Source: Eledone cirrhosa (Eukaryota). Taken from it: a stretch of 64,000 nt of DNA. Below the pieces are notes generated by a model. That model was not told the DNA's origin. It ran no database searches and saw only the letters and a list, made by a program, of their open reading frames with translations. Numbering within the stretch: the first letter of the stretch is position 1; each line of letters opens with the position of its first letter. Shown in pieces: positions 1 to 12,102 of the stretch. Both the position numbers and the translations under genes were made by a program. The DNA lies in assembly GCA_964016885.1 (NCBI GenBank), contig OZ024742.1, positions 121,644,001 to 121,708,000 on the forward strand, read 5' to 3'.

Positions 1-4
1 ACCT

Positions 5-254
5 ATGTATTTCTTATTTACTTATGTGGAATATTATTTACGTATTTCTTATTTACTTATGTGGAATATTACTTATGTATTTCTTATTTACTTATGTTGA
101 ATATTATTCATGTATTTCTTATTTACTTATGTGGAATATTCTTTATGTATTTCTTATTTACTTATGTGGAATATTATTTTTTATTTTTGTATTTCTTATT
201 TACTTATGTGGAATATTATTTATGTATTTCTTATTTACTTATTTATGTATTTCT
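5..254. repeat. 35-bp minisatellite (ATGTATTTCTTATTTACTTATGTGGAATATTATTT)n, about 7 copies
   Basis: Unit recurs at 5, 40, 75, 110, 145 and onward; explains the three overlapping ORFs at 24-370. Confidence 0.9.
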
Positions 255-531
255 TCAGCCTAGCAATAGCGAGAGAATTAAGTCTTAGTAACCAGATTCT
301 GCTTATATTTCTTTTCTCTCTCAGTACCTTTTACAGTTTTACATGTTCATCGTTCTACTTACCGTTTTGACCTCCTCCCCCTCCCCCTCCCCGGCGTCCT
401 CTTTGACCTCACACCCAGCCGTAGCTGGCACCACCAACGCATGAATGGGTCTACTCCGCCCCTCTCCCCTTTTCTCCTACTGGCAGGTTTGGCTACCTCC
501 CTCACCAACTTGCCATCGCAGAATTACTACT

Positions 532-3500
532 AAGAGGGTATAAAGTCTAAGTATATGCAGTTTGTCAGTTGGTAGTAAGAGGTTAAGTGTTCGATTTGTA
601 GTGCGAACATTTCTCTTTGAGTCTATGGTTACAATAAATTGATCTCTCAATTTTATTGTTGAGTAACCTATTCTTCGAACTTAAGATGTGGAACAGCTCA
701 ACGTTGCATACTCGACAGCTTCTCATACCACTCCGATATGGGGCGCGTTTGATAATTTTTTCCACTCAGGGTGTATTGATGGTTACTTTCCCTCAGTTGC
801 CAGGTCTTGTTTGCAAGGGTAGTTACATAACGGTGCTGGGAATGTTTCATTGCGTAACGGTGTGTATACCAACGAGCTTTAAAAGTATTCCAAGTCGCTC
901 CGATGTAATACCATTTCTGGTTGTCTGATTCCACTGTGCATTGGTAAACCAGGTTAGACTGCATACATTCATTTTGTAATGGACAAGTTTCAGGTAGGTG
1001 GCAGTTGCATTTCTTGTTATGGGCAACGTTGGCATTATTTGTGGGCTGCGATGCCTGAACAAGTGTGTTACGTTTTGTTTGTCTATTAGCGGGTGGTTGT
1101 GTATTAGATATTCTGTTGTGTTCGGTGGTAATTGTATTGTTATTGTTGTAAATTTGTGTTTTGCTGTTGTTATGTATCTTTTTAGCGTTAAGCATCTTAA
1201 TGTGTGCTTCTATATTTGGTGCCGTGGAGTAGGATAGTCTAATAGATTTAGTGTTAAGGATTTTTCTGTATCTATGTGAATCCGGAAAGTGCCTATTTAT
1301 TATTCTAAAGAAAGTAGAGGGTAGGTTAGTACTAATAGAGATGTTAAATATGGGGTTATACCAAATATATTTTCTACTGCGTGACTTGTTTGATTTCGAT
1401 GTTGTACTTCTATTTGCCGTATACTTTGCGGTTCTATGCGTAAATGTGTGTATGCGTGTGTTTCTGGAGTTTGTGTTATGCGTGTTCGTGTGTGCTTCAC
1501 AGAGGCTTTCATCTATATATTCTACTCTATCTAAGTGGCCTGCCTTGTCTAATGCGGTATTGTAGTATTCTGCATGTTCTTCGAAGATTTGCCGGTTAGA
1601 TCAGAGGCGGGAGATCCTAAGGGATATGCTGCATGGAATGGATTTAATTATTGATAGTGGGTGGTTTGAGTTACAGTTGATGTATGCTAAGTTTTCATTA
1701 ATCTTGTGAAAAGGTCTTATAAGTCCCGTATTTAGGTTAAGCGTCACATCTAGAAAGTTAACTGTTTTAGTGCTATACTCGTACGTTATGCTAAGGTCTA
1801 GTTTTCCGAGAGTCTTTCTAATATTCTTACGGAGTCTTTCTATGCTCTGGTTATTTAGGTTCTTAACTAGGAGAATGGCGTCGTCTCTGTAGATTACACC
1901 GTGAAGGTCGCTAAACTCGCTTTGTAAACTATGGGCTATGTAAATACCTACTAAGTCTGTGACTTGAGCCGAGTCGTTAGCCCCCATCGTGATGTCAAAG
2001 TTATTTAATCTATCCTTGCGTTCCCAATAGGCGTTTTCGAATTTAATTATTGTTTTCCTAGCAGCTAGTATGATTTTTATCTCGTCGTCTGTTATGTCAG
2101 AATTGGCTTTGGCGAATGCTAAGGCTTTATCTAAGGTGTTGGGGGATATAGATGAGTAATAATCGTTAATGTCAAATTGTATAAATTTAGATACTTCCTT
2201 GTTTGCTATATTGTTAAACCATTTAATTGTTTCGGTAGCGTTACCCCATAGTTTAATCACTAGTTTATTCTTCATTTGTGCTATCACTCTGTCTAATATA
2301 TGTTTACTAATTTTCCCGATGTCCGATTTGGATGGGCATATAAGTCTAATAGTCGGGTTATAATCAAAATTTACCTTGTGGTCCTTGAGGTTAAATGTGG
2401 GGGTACATGGCTTAAGTGGCTCCGTTCTGTCGTCTATTCCTAGGTGTTTGACTATATTGTGTGCCTCGTTGTTGATGTTTATCAGTGCCGCCTCATTTGT
2501 TTTTTTGTATTTCCTATGTAATTCTTTCCGTATGAAGCTATTGTATGTATTAACATCCATCGTATACACATTTGATGTTTTGTCCGCTTTGACAATAATT
2601 CCATTGGTGGTACGCAGCTTTTTTATGAATGTATTTATGTCATTCTGGAGTTTATTATTCCTCCGCTTTTTGAATTTGATATTCATAATCATCTTCAGTA
2701 AGTCCTGTTCAAAGGCATCCAGTTGAGGGTTGGTAGTGGGTTTTTACACGATTTGAAGCCGTATGTTTCCTTGTTATATTCCACGGTGCGACCATTACGT
2801 CCTTTGTCGAAATGGAAAGTTTTCCATCTAACTCTGCGTATAAAGTCGTTTGTTCGCTGTATCATCCCGAGAGTATAATCCTTTCTCCGAGGTATAGGAA
2901 TGTTCTTTAGGGACATACCTATGTAATGCTTTTCCATAGTAGTACCGTATGTTTAGGTGGTTGCTCGACCGATAAGGAGCCTGTAGTTAGAGAAGCAAAA
3001 AATTGCTTATTGTAATCCAGTTTTTGGTTAAGAAAGCCAGTTTCATGGATGGTTTCAACGTACGGTTAGGGGTAACTCCACAAGTTTGTAAGAATTCCGT
3101 TCAATCTTGGAGTATATGTATAAAAGAGAAAACACAGGTAAGCAATGAAACATTCCCAGCACCGTTATGTAACTACCCTTGCAAACAAGACCTGGCAACT
3201 GAGGGAAAGTAACCATCAATACACCCTGAAGTGGAAAAAATTATCAAACGCGCCCCATATCGGAGTGGTATGAGAAGCTGTCGATTATGCAACCTTGAGC
3301 TGTTCCACATCTTAAGTTCGAAGAATAGGTTACTCAACAATAAAATTGAGAGATCAATTTATTGTAACCATAGACTCAAAGAGAAATGTTTGCACTACAA
3401 ATCGAACACTTAACCTCTTACTACCAACTGACAAACTGCATATACTTAGACTTTATACCCTCTTATATCTAGACCCTTTAATTACCCACAAAACCAATAC

Positions 3501-3646
3501 ATATATCCCCCCTTCTCCCTCATTCCTCTTCTATTTCTTCGTTTTCTTCCTTCCTTCCCTCTTCTTGGCTATCTTTTCCTTTCTTCCTTCTCCCCCCCCT
3601 CTTTGCTTTTATTTTTGTCATTATTATCTTTATTTTTGTTTTTATA

Positions 3647-3696
<50 letters not shown>

Positions 3697-3750
3697 TATG
3701 TGTGTGTATATGTCTGTATGTGTGTGTGTGTGTGTATGTATGTATATATA

Positions 3751-3821
<71 letters not shown>

Positions 3822-3862
3822 GTGTATATATATTTATATGTGTGTGTATGTGTATGTATGTA

Positions 3863-3897
<35 letters not shown>

Positions 3898-4287
3898 TTA
3901 TCTCTTTATATCTCCCCCCCTCTCTCTCTCCCTCTCTATCAAAACTGACCAAAGAATCCTTCCACCTCTACCCCTACCTCCACCTCAGTTTGTCATTCTA
4001 CTTCCTACCTCTTCCCCCTTCCTCTCTCTCTATACTATGCCGTCTGTCCTCTCACCTCCTGATTCCTCTCTCTCTATACTAGTAAATACAATTTCAAATA
4101 AATGTTTTTCTCTATATATTAAGAACTATTTCAAGAGTAACTCACTATTTTGAAAATTTGGACTGTGAACAACAATTATAATTGAGTGGCTGCTATTTGC
4201 AGTATAGCAATATAAGGTTGCACTTACCAATGAAACGGTCGTAAATACCTGGATTAAATCCTTCTCTTAATTCTTACCTGTGTTTTC

Positions 4288-4297
<10 letters not shown>
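532..4297 (-). mobile_element. Penelope-like retroelement (Naiad-like) with inverted 3' segment at its 5' end
   Basis: RT+GIY-YIG ORF on minus strand; 532-852 is the reverse complement of 3143-3464; minus-strand 3142-3120 matches 4273-4297, so 3143-4297(+) is the inverted ORF tail plus 3' UTR ending in (TA)n. Confidence 0.9.
583..2937 (-). pseudogene. PLE polyprotein: reverse transcriptase + C-terminal GIY-YIG endonuclease (~785 codons; two frameshifts, one in-frame TGA)
   Basis: Motifs SLKNIPIP, KADKT, QFDINDYYSSI, ITMGANDS, YRDD, FLDVTL, WYNP..HFP..LSYS (translated manually through 1600-1196), CNC..CPL..C, VYQC..YIGAT, CRVC, LLN..CNH; frameshifts near 2735 and 770; TGA at 1603-1601. Confidence 0.9.
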
Positions 4298-4351
<54 letters not shown>

Positions 4352-4494
4352 CAGTGAAAATAGGGTCACCATTGTATCGTTGACTAAGTAAATTAGCCTA
4401 ATAATTTGGAGTTATAAAAACCCACAGAAATGGAAAAATTGAATGTGCATTAACGTACATGGGACGCTGAAAAAGCTTTGTATCTTATATATAT

Positions 4495-4759
4495 ATTGAG
4501 TACTCTGGTGCGTTATGGTCCACCTAGTTTCTTACCACATCTCCCAGGTTATATATATCTATCTAAATATATTTATAACGAAGGAAGTGTGGTAAGGAAC
4601 CAGGTGGACCAGAGTACTCAATACTTAGGGTAGTAGAGTGGGTAATAGGAAGATGTTCAAGACCTCGACGGCAGAGCTCAAGCCGTTTCGGCGGCTATTT
4701 CTGGACTGAAATAGCCGTCGAAACGGGTTGAGCTCTGCCGTCAGGGTCTTGAACATTTT

Positions 4760-4764
<5 letters not shown>
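4495..4764. repeat. Hairpin-ended (TA)n-inserted element, copy 1, plus an extra inverted fragment at 4495-4552
   Basis: Arms 4645-4701 and 4708-4764 are inverted; homologous to 51038-51235 and 54622-54815. Confidence 0.85.
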
Positions 4765-4833
<69 letters not shown>

Positions 4834-4869
4834 GAAAATAAAAGTTACGGGCGAAAGAGAGTAATATCC

Positions 4870-4927
4870 ATCGTCAATTGTCTGCTAGGAATCATAGGTA
4901 TTTCTTCGCGTTAGAGACAAGATACCT
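4870..4927 (-). ncRNA. Putative non-circularly permuted hammerhead ribozyme (C3U variant core)
   Basis: Minus strand: AGGTA-TC-TTGTCT-..A-GAAA-TACCT-..-AGACAA-TTGACGA-T. Confidence 0.5.
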
Positions 4928-5457
4928 TAGCCTAGGGCGAACAATAACTAAAATAAGTTATTGGGATAAAAAAAGGGGGGAGAGAGAGAAAGAACTTGTA
5001 AACAGACATGTAGGGTGAAGCAACATAACGAGAGGATAAATATCAAGTCAACAACTCGTTTCGAACATAAGATCTGGCGAGTTTGACGAGAGAAAAAAGA
5101 CACGTCTTCACTGTAGCAGTGTGACTGAGAGAAGAGACTGCTTACAGTGGCAGACGAGGGAGGAAGTGAGCTAGCTGAGAGAGGGTGACTAGCAGAGAGG
5201 GTGTGAGTGAAAGTAAGAGGAAGCGAGAAAGAGATAGTTATAGTGGCAAGCGAGCCGAGAGAAGGTGACTAGCAGAGGTGGTGAGCGAAAGTAAGAGGGA
5301 GAAGGAGAGAGAATGGGAGAGGGAGGATAGCAACAAGAGGAGAGGAAAGAGACGGGTCACAGCGGAGAAGGAAACTTATATGAATAAAATGGCGAGCTGT
5401 GTGGTTGTAATTAAGTATAATGAAAATAAAAGTTACGGGCGAAAGAGGGTAATATTC

Positions 5458-5515
5458 ATCGTCAGTTGTCTGTTAGGAATCATAGGTATTTCTTCACGCT
5501 AGAGACAAGATACCT
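5458..5515 (-). ncRNA. Putative non-circularly permuted hammerhead ribozyme
   Basis: Minus strand: AGGTA-TC-TTGTCT-..A-GAAA-TACCT-..-AGACAA-CTGACGA-T. Confidence 0.65.
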
Positions 5516-6129
5516 CAGCTCAGGGTAAACAATAACTAAAATAAGTTATTGGGATAAAAAAAAAGCGGGGAGAGAGAGGAAAATATATATATATATAAAT
5601 ATATATAAAATTAAAATATAGAGTCAGAAACTCACAATAGTCCCCTATGATAAGGGAGCTCAAAGAAGAGAGACCGAACTCTTTATAAATCATAGCTATG
5701 AGCAATGAGAGAAGGCACATAATAAATTATGTCAGATAATAGAGGATAAAGTACCACCCTGGTAAAGTACATAAAAATTACGGATGGAGCGGTAAATACA
5801 AATTGATAAAATAATAATTAAAGTGTACGAACATCCACTAAAACGACATACACCAGTACATAGGATATACGCTATATACATATATATTGGCATAATATAT
5901 ACAACACACACACACACATACACACACACACGCACACACACACACACATATATATATACTACAAAACTATAACTGTCTCATTCGTAAGAAATCATGATGG
6001 CTTTTTACGAATGGAACAGTTCTAGTCCAGTAGAAGTAGTTTCTATAATAAAATAAAGATGCTTGTACTCTATTAACGTATTCAGTACATTTCTAAACTG
6101 TATTTGCCTCCGATATTCATCGGAAATTC

Positions 6130-6199
<70 letters not shown>

Positions 6200-6205
6200 T
6201 ATATA

Positions 6206-6266
6206 TAAAGGTTTACATATACATAAAGTTATAGATATATAACTTTATGTATATGTAAACCTTTAT
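6206..6266. repeat. Near-perfect ~60-bp palindrome at the start of an HHR-bearing module
   Basis: ATAAAGGTTTACATATACATAAAGTTATA..TATAACTTTATGTATATGTAAACCTTTAT. Confidence 0.85.
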
Positions 6267-6460
6267 ATTTAATAATCTCCCGTTAGGTTGAGATACAATT
6301 TGGCGATATTTGGCTGCGCTTTCTAGCAACAAGCCTACCCGCCGTAAGCAACCAATCACATTCTTTCTAGCTTGACCACTGCCATATTGCGGTTCTTAGC
6401 CATTTTTTAATCTAATTTTGGCGCGATCACGTTGGAAAACTAAATGTCTAATTTTGAGTT

Positions 6461-6539
6461 TGTCTCCTGATGAATCCTAACTCAAGACATTCCTATTAAT
6501 TGGATGTCTAAAAATACGGATGAAACCATGGTAGAGATA
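6461..6539 (+). ncRNA. Type I hammerhead ribozyme
   Basis: TGTCTC-CTGATGA-ATCC..GGAT-GAAA-CCATGG-TA-GAGATA. Confidence 0.85.
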
Positions 6540-6818
6540 TAATTACGGTATGTACACATTTCTTCTAAGTTTGAATTTACACCTAATTGTGTATGGTTGA
6601 TGGTATATTTAGTCAGTTTCTACATGCTGTCGAAATGTTGGATAAATACTCTATTGGGGCCACCGCGAAGAGGCCACTTTCGGTTATTTGTCAGAGATTT
6701 CTTCATAAGAGCCTTTCTTCTTATAGCTTGGTCTAATTGATTTTTTATATGGTTAATTATGCTAATTGGGAGAGGAAAAGGTATATATTTTATCTAATAA
6801 TTCTAAGGACATGATTTA

Positions 6819-6866
<48 letters not shown>

Positions 6867-6871
6867 ATGAT

Positions 6872-7154
6872 GTTAACTTTGCCTTTCATCCTTACAGGGT
6901 CGATAAAATGAAGTACCAGTAATGTACTGGTAAATTGCCGGCCTTGTGCCAAAATTAGAAACAATTAATTGTTTCTACTTTTGGCACAAGGCCAGCAATT
7001 AGCCCAGTGCATTACTGGTACTTTATTTTATCGACCCCGTAAGGATGAAAGGCAAAGTTAACCTCTGCGGGATTTGAACACAGAATGGCAAGGGCCGTAA
7101 CTCCATGCGTCAAAGCATGGTGTCCGACCTTCTACCGACACTGCCATTGAACCG
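6872..7154 (-). mobile_element. tRNA-derived SINE (6967-7154) with an inverted 3'-half copy (6872-6966)
   Basis: Core TTTGCCTTTCATCCTTACGGGGTCGATAAAATAAAGTACCAGT, B-box GTTCAAATCC; tail-to-tail junction ACAATTAATTGT. Confidence 0.85.
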
Positions 7155-7201
7155 TTAAGATCTCGTTCCTGGATATGTCAATATTTATAAAACAAACTTT
7201 G

Positions 7202-7262
7202 TATTTTATCTGATGAGAGCGTACCAAAGTTTTGGTACCCTTGAAATATATATAATAGAATA
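7202..7262 (+). ncRNA. Type I hammerhead ribozyme
   Basis: TATTTTAT-CTGATGA-GAG.GTACCAAA/TTTGGTAC.CTT-GAAA-TATATA-TA-ATAGAATA. Confidence 0.85.
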
Positions 7263-7422
7263 AATATGGTTTTATAAATATAGTTTCCATTTATTAATAT
7301 CATTGAAAATATATCCCAGAAAACTTGTCGAGTGCTTCGAATCATCAGTTATAAATATATATATTTGTTGAATTACCAACAAATTAAATATCCCTTTGCT
7401 TATATATATATATATATTTATA

Positions 7423-8299
7423 TACGAGTTGTGTCAGAAAAGTTCCAGGACTGATGTCACAAAAGATTTATTTCAAACCCAAACTTCACACCAAGAGTTT
7501 TCTCCTTCAAAGTAACCCCTAGAGTCTAATGCACTTTTCCATTCTTTTCTGCCACGCTTGCATGCACTCCTGGAAGGATTCTTCCGGGATCCTCCGCAGT
7601 TCCGTCGTCACGGCCTTTTTGATGTCGTCCACGTCTTCAAAACGGGTCCCCTCCGGGTCGTACTCGAAGATCCATGACTCATCACCGGTGATGACTGTCC
7701 CTAGCAAGTCTGGTTCGGTTTTAAGACGCTCGAGGATGTCCTGGCACACTTGCATGCGTCGACCAGCAGTTTTGGCACCATCTTCGCGCAGACTTTACGC
7801 ATGTCCAAATCTTCAGTGAAAATCTTCCAGACGCTCTCCCGATTCATGCCCAGCTCATTTACTAGCAGTCGAACAGGCAGCCGACGATCGCTACGCACCA
7901 TCTGCCTGAAGCGCTCAACGTTGACCTCAGTCCTGGTTGTTGAGGGCCTTCCGCTCCTGGGGTCATCTTCCAAGTCCTTCTTTAAACCTCTTGCACCACT
8001 CAAAAACACGTGAGCGTGACATCGTCTCATCTCCATACACTTGCTGCAGCGGAGTTTTCCCCAACCGTAGCAGAAACTTCAAGTTTGTTCGTTACTCTGT
8101 GCTCATTGCTTGACGACCTGAAACAGAGGACATGTATATAAAATTATGAAGAAAAAAGTTTGATCGCTGCAGAGAGCTAAGATTACAGTTACATACTCCA
8201 GGGGGATTACTTTGAAGGAGAAAACTCTTAGTGTGAAGTTTGGGTTTGAAATAAATCTTTTGTGACATCAGTCCTGGAACTTTTCTGACATACCTCGTA
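7423..8299 (-). mobile_element. Internally deleted mariner (Tc1/mariner) DNA transposon
   Basis: ~98-bp inverted termini (7423-7520 / 8199-8299), TA flanks; transposase remnants DDPRSGRPST, ITGDESWIFEYDPE joined directly to GTRFEDVDDIK. Confidence 0.93.
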
Positions 8300-9564
8300 T
8301 ATATATTAAAAGAGACAATTTAAGATAACCCACAACACCGAGTCTTCCAACATTCTTCCCAGTGCATGCAAGCCAGGCTGTGAAACACTCTCACCACGAA
8401 AGTGCTGGTGGGCAATTCGGTTCTTGATGCAGACAAGAAAGGATCTATGTATTTGTTATGATTTAAGTGGAATTCTACGAGGTTCGCTAAAATGTATTAT
8501 ACTGACAGTCTATCAGTCTATATTTTGCATGCTTCGTATAGTCGAATCCCATCTATTCGTAAATCTGCGCTTTCTTATTCTCTAGATGCTCTTGTAGCTT
8601 ATTCACGTCATCCACCGTATCTTCTTCCTATAGGGAGTGCTCTGAAAATCATGACGGTTGGGGTAAGCTCCATATTGGACATTCTGATCACTTTCCGCTT
8701 AGGTTCAGTTTTCTTTAGGGGATTGTTTTTCCTTTTATCCCTCTTTTCACTGTCCCCAGATGTTTGCCACACCCGTTTCTTACAAATCTGCTCCTTTTCG
8801 TCACCAAACAACGGGTTTGTGCTGCAAGAAGGGATCTTTCCTGCTTCCGGGTCTTCGGATCTTTACCCTAAAGATAAATCCCCAGCTATCTTTGGATCTG
8901 CAAAAAGTGGGGATCTAGGAATAGTTGTTTCTGGGTCTTGCTGTTATTTGATGATGTTTTTACTGCTGTCGCTCATGTCTAAATTACCCAGGTGGGTCTT
9001 ACTACAAGTATAGCAATGGTGCCTTCTACTCTGCAATACAAGTTGTATGGATTTTCCATCTGCATCCACGGTGGGGCACAACAATTCTGTAATGACCTGT
9101 TGTATTCAGAGATCATTAAAATCTTTATGTCGATACAGTTCCTTCTCGATTACAAATCGCTTTAAGTTATTTTAAGTTATTTATCGCTTTTAGTTATTTC
9201 GTAAATCACCTCATGTTAGTACTAAACCACAAAGATGTAGAGGAGCCAAGAGCAAATTTCACAGTTATTGGCCCTGACTAGGACTGCTGTTTTCTACCAA
9301 CCCATATTTTGGGGGTACCAACGATGCGTCACGCGTCAACACGGCCTGTCATTTCAAACGCTCCTTGATCTTGAAGAAGACTAGAGACACGCTAACATAT
9401 GCCCTGTCCCTTTTGATATAAACCGTATTTTTCCACACATCTGGTCACAGACCCATACATAGAAATAGACGGCATACCAATAACATAACATTGATAGATA
9501 TTTGTCTGAGTCGTCGGTATTTCTCTATTATATTTAACCCCCCCCCTCTCTCTCTCTATATATA

Positions 9565-10229
9565 TATATTAAAAACTGAACTCAATGCTAGAAATAATGT
9601 AGTAGGTATTCATACACTGGCTATACCAGTTATGAATTATTTTGAATATAATAAACTGGATGTTATGTTTAGTTCCGTAACTCTTGGTGAAGTCGTAGAA
9701 CTGCCGTGTTGACATCGGCATTTCTTGGGCCTTTTAAGACTGGCGGAGCCCACCCCTCTCTAGCAGATTGATTCCAGATAGAAAGTGAGAGAGGATATGA
9801 GAAAGTGATATAGAATAAAAATCGACTCCAATACTAGACTGGTACTTTTTCTATCGACCTTGCAAGGCTGTAAAACAAAGTTGATCTCAGAAGAATTCGA
9901 ACTCAGAGAGTACAAAGCCGAAACGAATAACACAAAGCATCCTATCCGATGTTCTAAAGACTGCCAATTCGCCGCGAAACTGGAAGCTAACTGAGCTGAG
10001 AATTTAGACACACACACACAAAAAAGGAAACTACTGTCAAAGTATGGAAGTCACCACTCAAAGCAGATATAAATAAAACATACCTGCCCCACATAAAATT
10101 AGAACGTTGTCTGAGACAAATATAGAATTAATATAAAATAACAACATTCGAAGTGGGAAAATTCTTAGAAATAAACTAAGGACGGTTAATAATTGCAATA
10201 AAGAAACACGAAAATACAAAACAAAACAT

Positions 10230-10303
<74 letters not shown>

Positions 10304-10600
10304 ACATATATATATATTTGTGTGTGTATATGGGTGTTTGTATGTACAAGGAACCGAGAAGATGCAAGCTAGAAGCAAATTACACCAAAATAATTACTTT
10401 AGATAACAATACAACAAGAATAGCTATAGCGACAAAACCAAAACATGAAAATGGAATTACAACACACACGAAAAGAAAAAATGGAGAAAAAACCAGGCCT
10501 CCTCATACACACAACAAATACACTGCAAGGCTTGACAGGGGAGAAATAAACCAGATTGAAAGTCAACAATAGCTCAATAGCTCTAGACTAAAAGCAGAAA
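9565..10600 (+). mobile_element. Decayed RTE-like LINE 3' fragments interrupted by a SINE-like piece and (TA)n
   Basis: LKTELNARNNVVGIHTLAIPV and LNSSRLKAET resemble post-RT motifs; similar family at 38.5-39.7 kb. Confidence 0.55.
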
Positions 10601-11142
10601 CAAATATAATACACACCGCATATAATATACACATAATAAAATAGAATAACACACGTTCCATTAAAATACCCAGCGCCAATAATTTAAGCTCCATAGTAAA
10701 ACAAAACGGATGCAATATACTAGCAATATGAGTTTATCACACCAAAAAGAAGTAAAAAACACATCTCAGAAAAACATGTAAAAATTCTAACAAAACAAAT
10801 TATTATTAAAACCTGCATTGAGCAGTTATGTACCTAAAATTATCGTCATATTCCCCCTTGTTAGGGTCCTTTCTCAGCAGCAGCCCTATTCCACGGCTCA
10901 CAATACTGCTAGCTGCAATAGACGTTTTCCATGAGGTCACCAAATAACCTGTAAACATAAATCTCGTAGGGAAGACCATCGAAACCAGTTGATTTGGATG
11001 ATATATCCAACGATATAATGGGGTCTCTTTTTCTATGGGTATTGTATGGCGTACAATTTACATTTTGTAACAAAAATTTAAACAAAACGTGTTTTAAAAA
11101 CCGGTGAAAAAAATTACAGGAGTCGATTCCAAGAGCAATAAT

Positions 11143-11587
11143 AATGGTTTCTTATACATGTACAAGGCCAGCAATTTTGGAGGAGGGGAAAGTCGATTTA
11201 ATCGACCCCAGTGCGTGACTGGTACTTTATTTTATCGACCCCATAAGGATGAAAGACAAAGTTAACCTCGGCAGGAATTGAACTCAGATGATAAAGGGCC
11301 ATAACTCTATGCTGAAAAGCATGGCGTCCAACCCTCTACCGATATTGCCAATCTACCGCCCTCGTTAATAATTTCTAATTTTTAGGCGCAAGGCCAATAA
11401 TTTTGGTGGTGGGTAAAGCCGGTTAAATCAACCCCAGTGCATTACTGGCACTTTATTTTATCGACCCCGTAAGGATGAAAGGTAAAGCTAACCTCAGCGG
11501 GATTTGAAGTCAGAGCGTAACGGACCATAACTCTATGCCACAAAGCATACTATTTGAAGCTCTACCGATATTGCCAAGCCACCGCCA
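11143..11587 (-). mobile_element. Two tandem tRNA-derived SINEs
   Basis: Two full copies of the SINE core (11143-11361, 11368-11587). Confidence 0.88.
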
Positions 11588-11744
11588 AATATTCTTTAAT
11601 AACAATCATACAATATTTTAGAAAGATTGTATACAGCAAAAAACGATAGAAATATGGAGTTTATTGCATGTGAGGATTGCATAAGAATCGAGGAAAATGG
11701 ACTTGGTTGGTAAATATATATCAATATATATACATATGTATATT

Positions 11745-11808
<64 letters not shown>

Positions 11809-12024
11809 TAATATATCTGAGGGTACACTGCACCCCCAGAAATACATAGGTTGTCTATGATTCAAGGTGGTTCCATGGTAATAATTTGATATACCAGAAC
11901 TTAATATCAAGATAAGCAGAACAAGTAAAGTTCAACCAATTTTTCAAAATAATCAAAATTAATTTACAATTAAAATTAATCAAAATTAAAAAAATATACT
12001 ATAAATATTTACCTATTCAAGAGG

Positions 12025-12102
12025 CCCTTACTGTACAGTTTCACTTTGCAACACATTAGATATCACATGGATATTAATGGAAAAACAAAGATCATCAGAG
12101 AA
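12025..12102 (-). ncRNA. Type I hammerhead ribozyme (inverted copy)
   Basis: TTCT-CTGATGA-TCTTTG..CAAAGT-GAAA-CTGTACAG-TA-AGGG on minus strand. Confidence 0.72.

Larger units (their letters stand above)
4829..5580 (-). mobile_element. Non-coding retrozyme-like element with ~160-bp direct repeats 588 bp apart
   Basis: 4829-4990 repeated at 5417-5580; GA-rich spacer; TA-rich tracts at both ends; homologous to 47517-48352. Confidence 0.7.

Noticed and set aside
5-254. 35-bp repeats resembling a CRISPR array
   Set aside because: Head-to-tail with no unique spacers, in eukaryotic context
4160-4250. Hammerhead in the Naiad 3' UTR (GAAACGGTCGTA)
   Set aside because: Only the 3' half is recognisable; no CUGANGA upstream
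5957-6130. Imperfect hairpin with CCGATGA..GAAA on the minus strand
   Set aside because: No stem I partner; cannot support a ribozyme call
8492-9100. 173-aa plus-strand ORF and a possible decayed LINE ORF1 on minus
   Set aside because: No convincing domain; only a weak CxxC similarity
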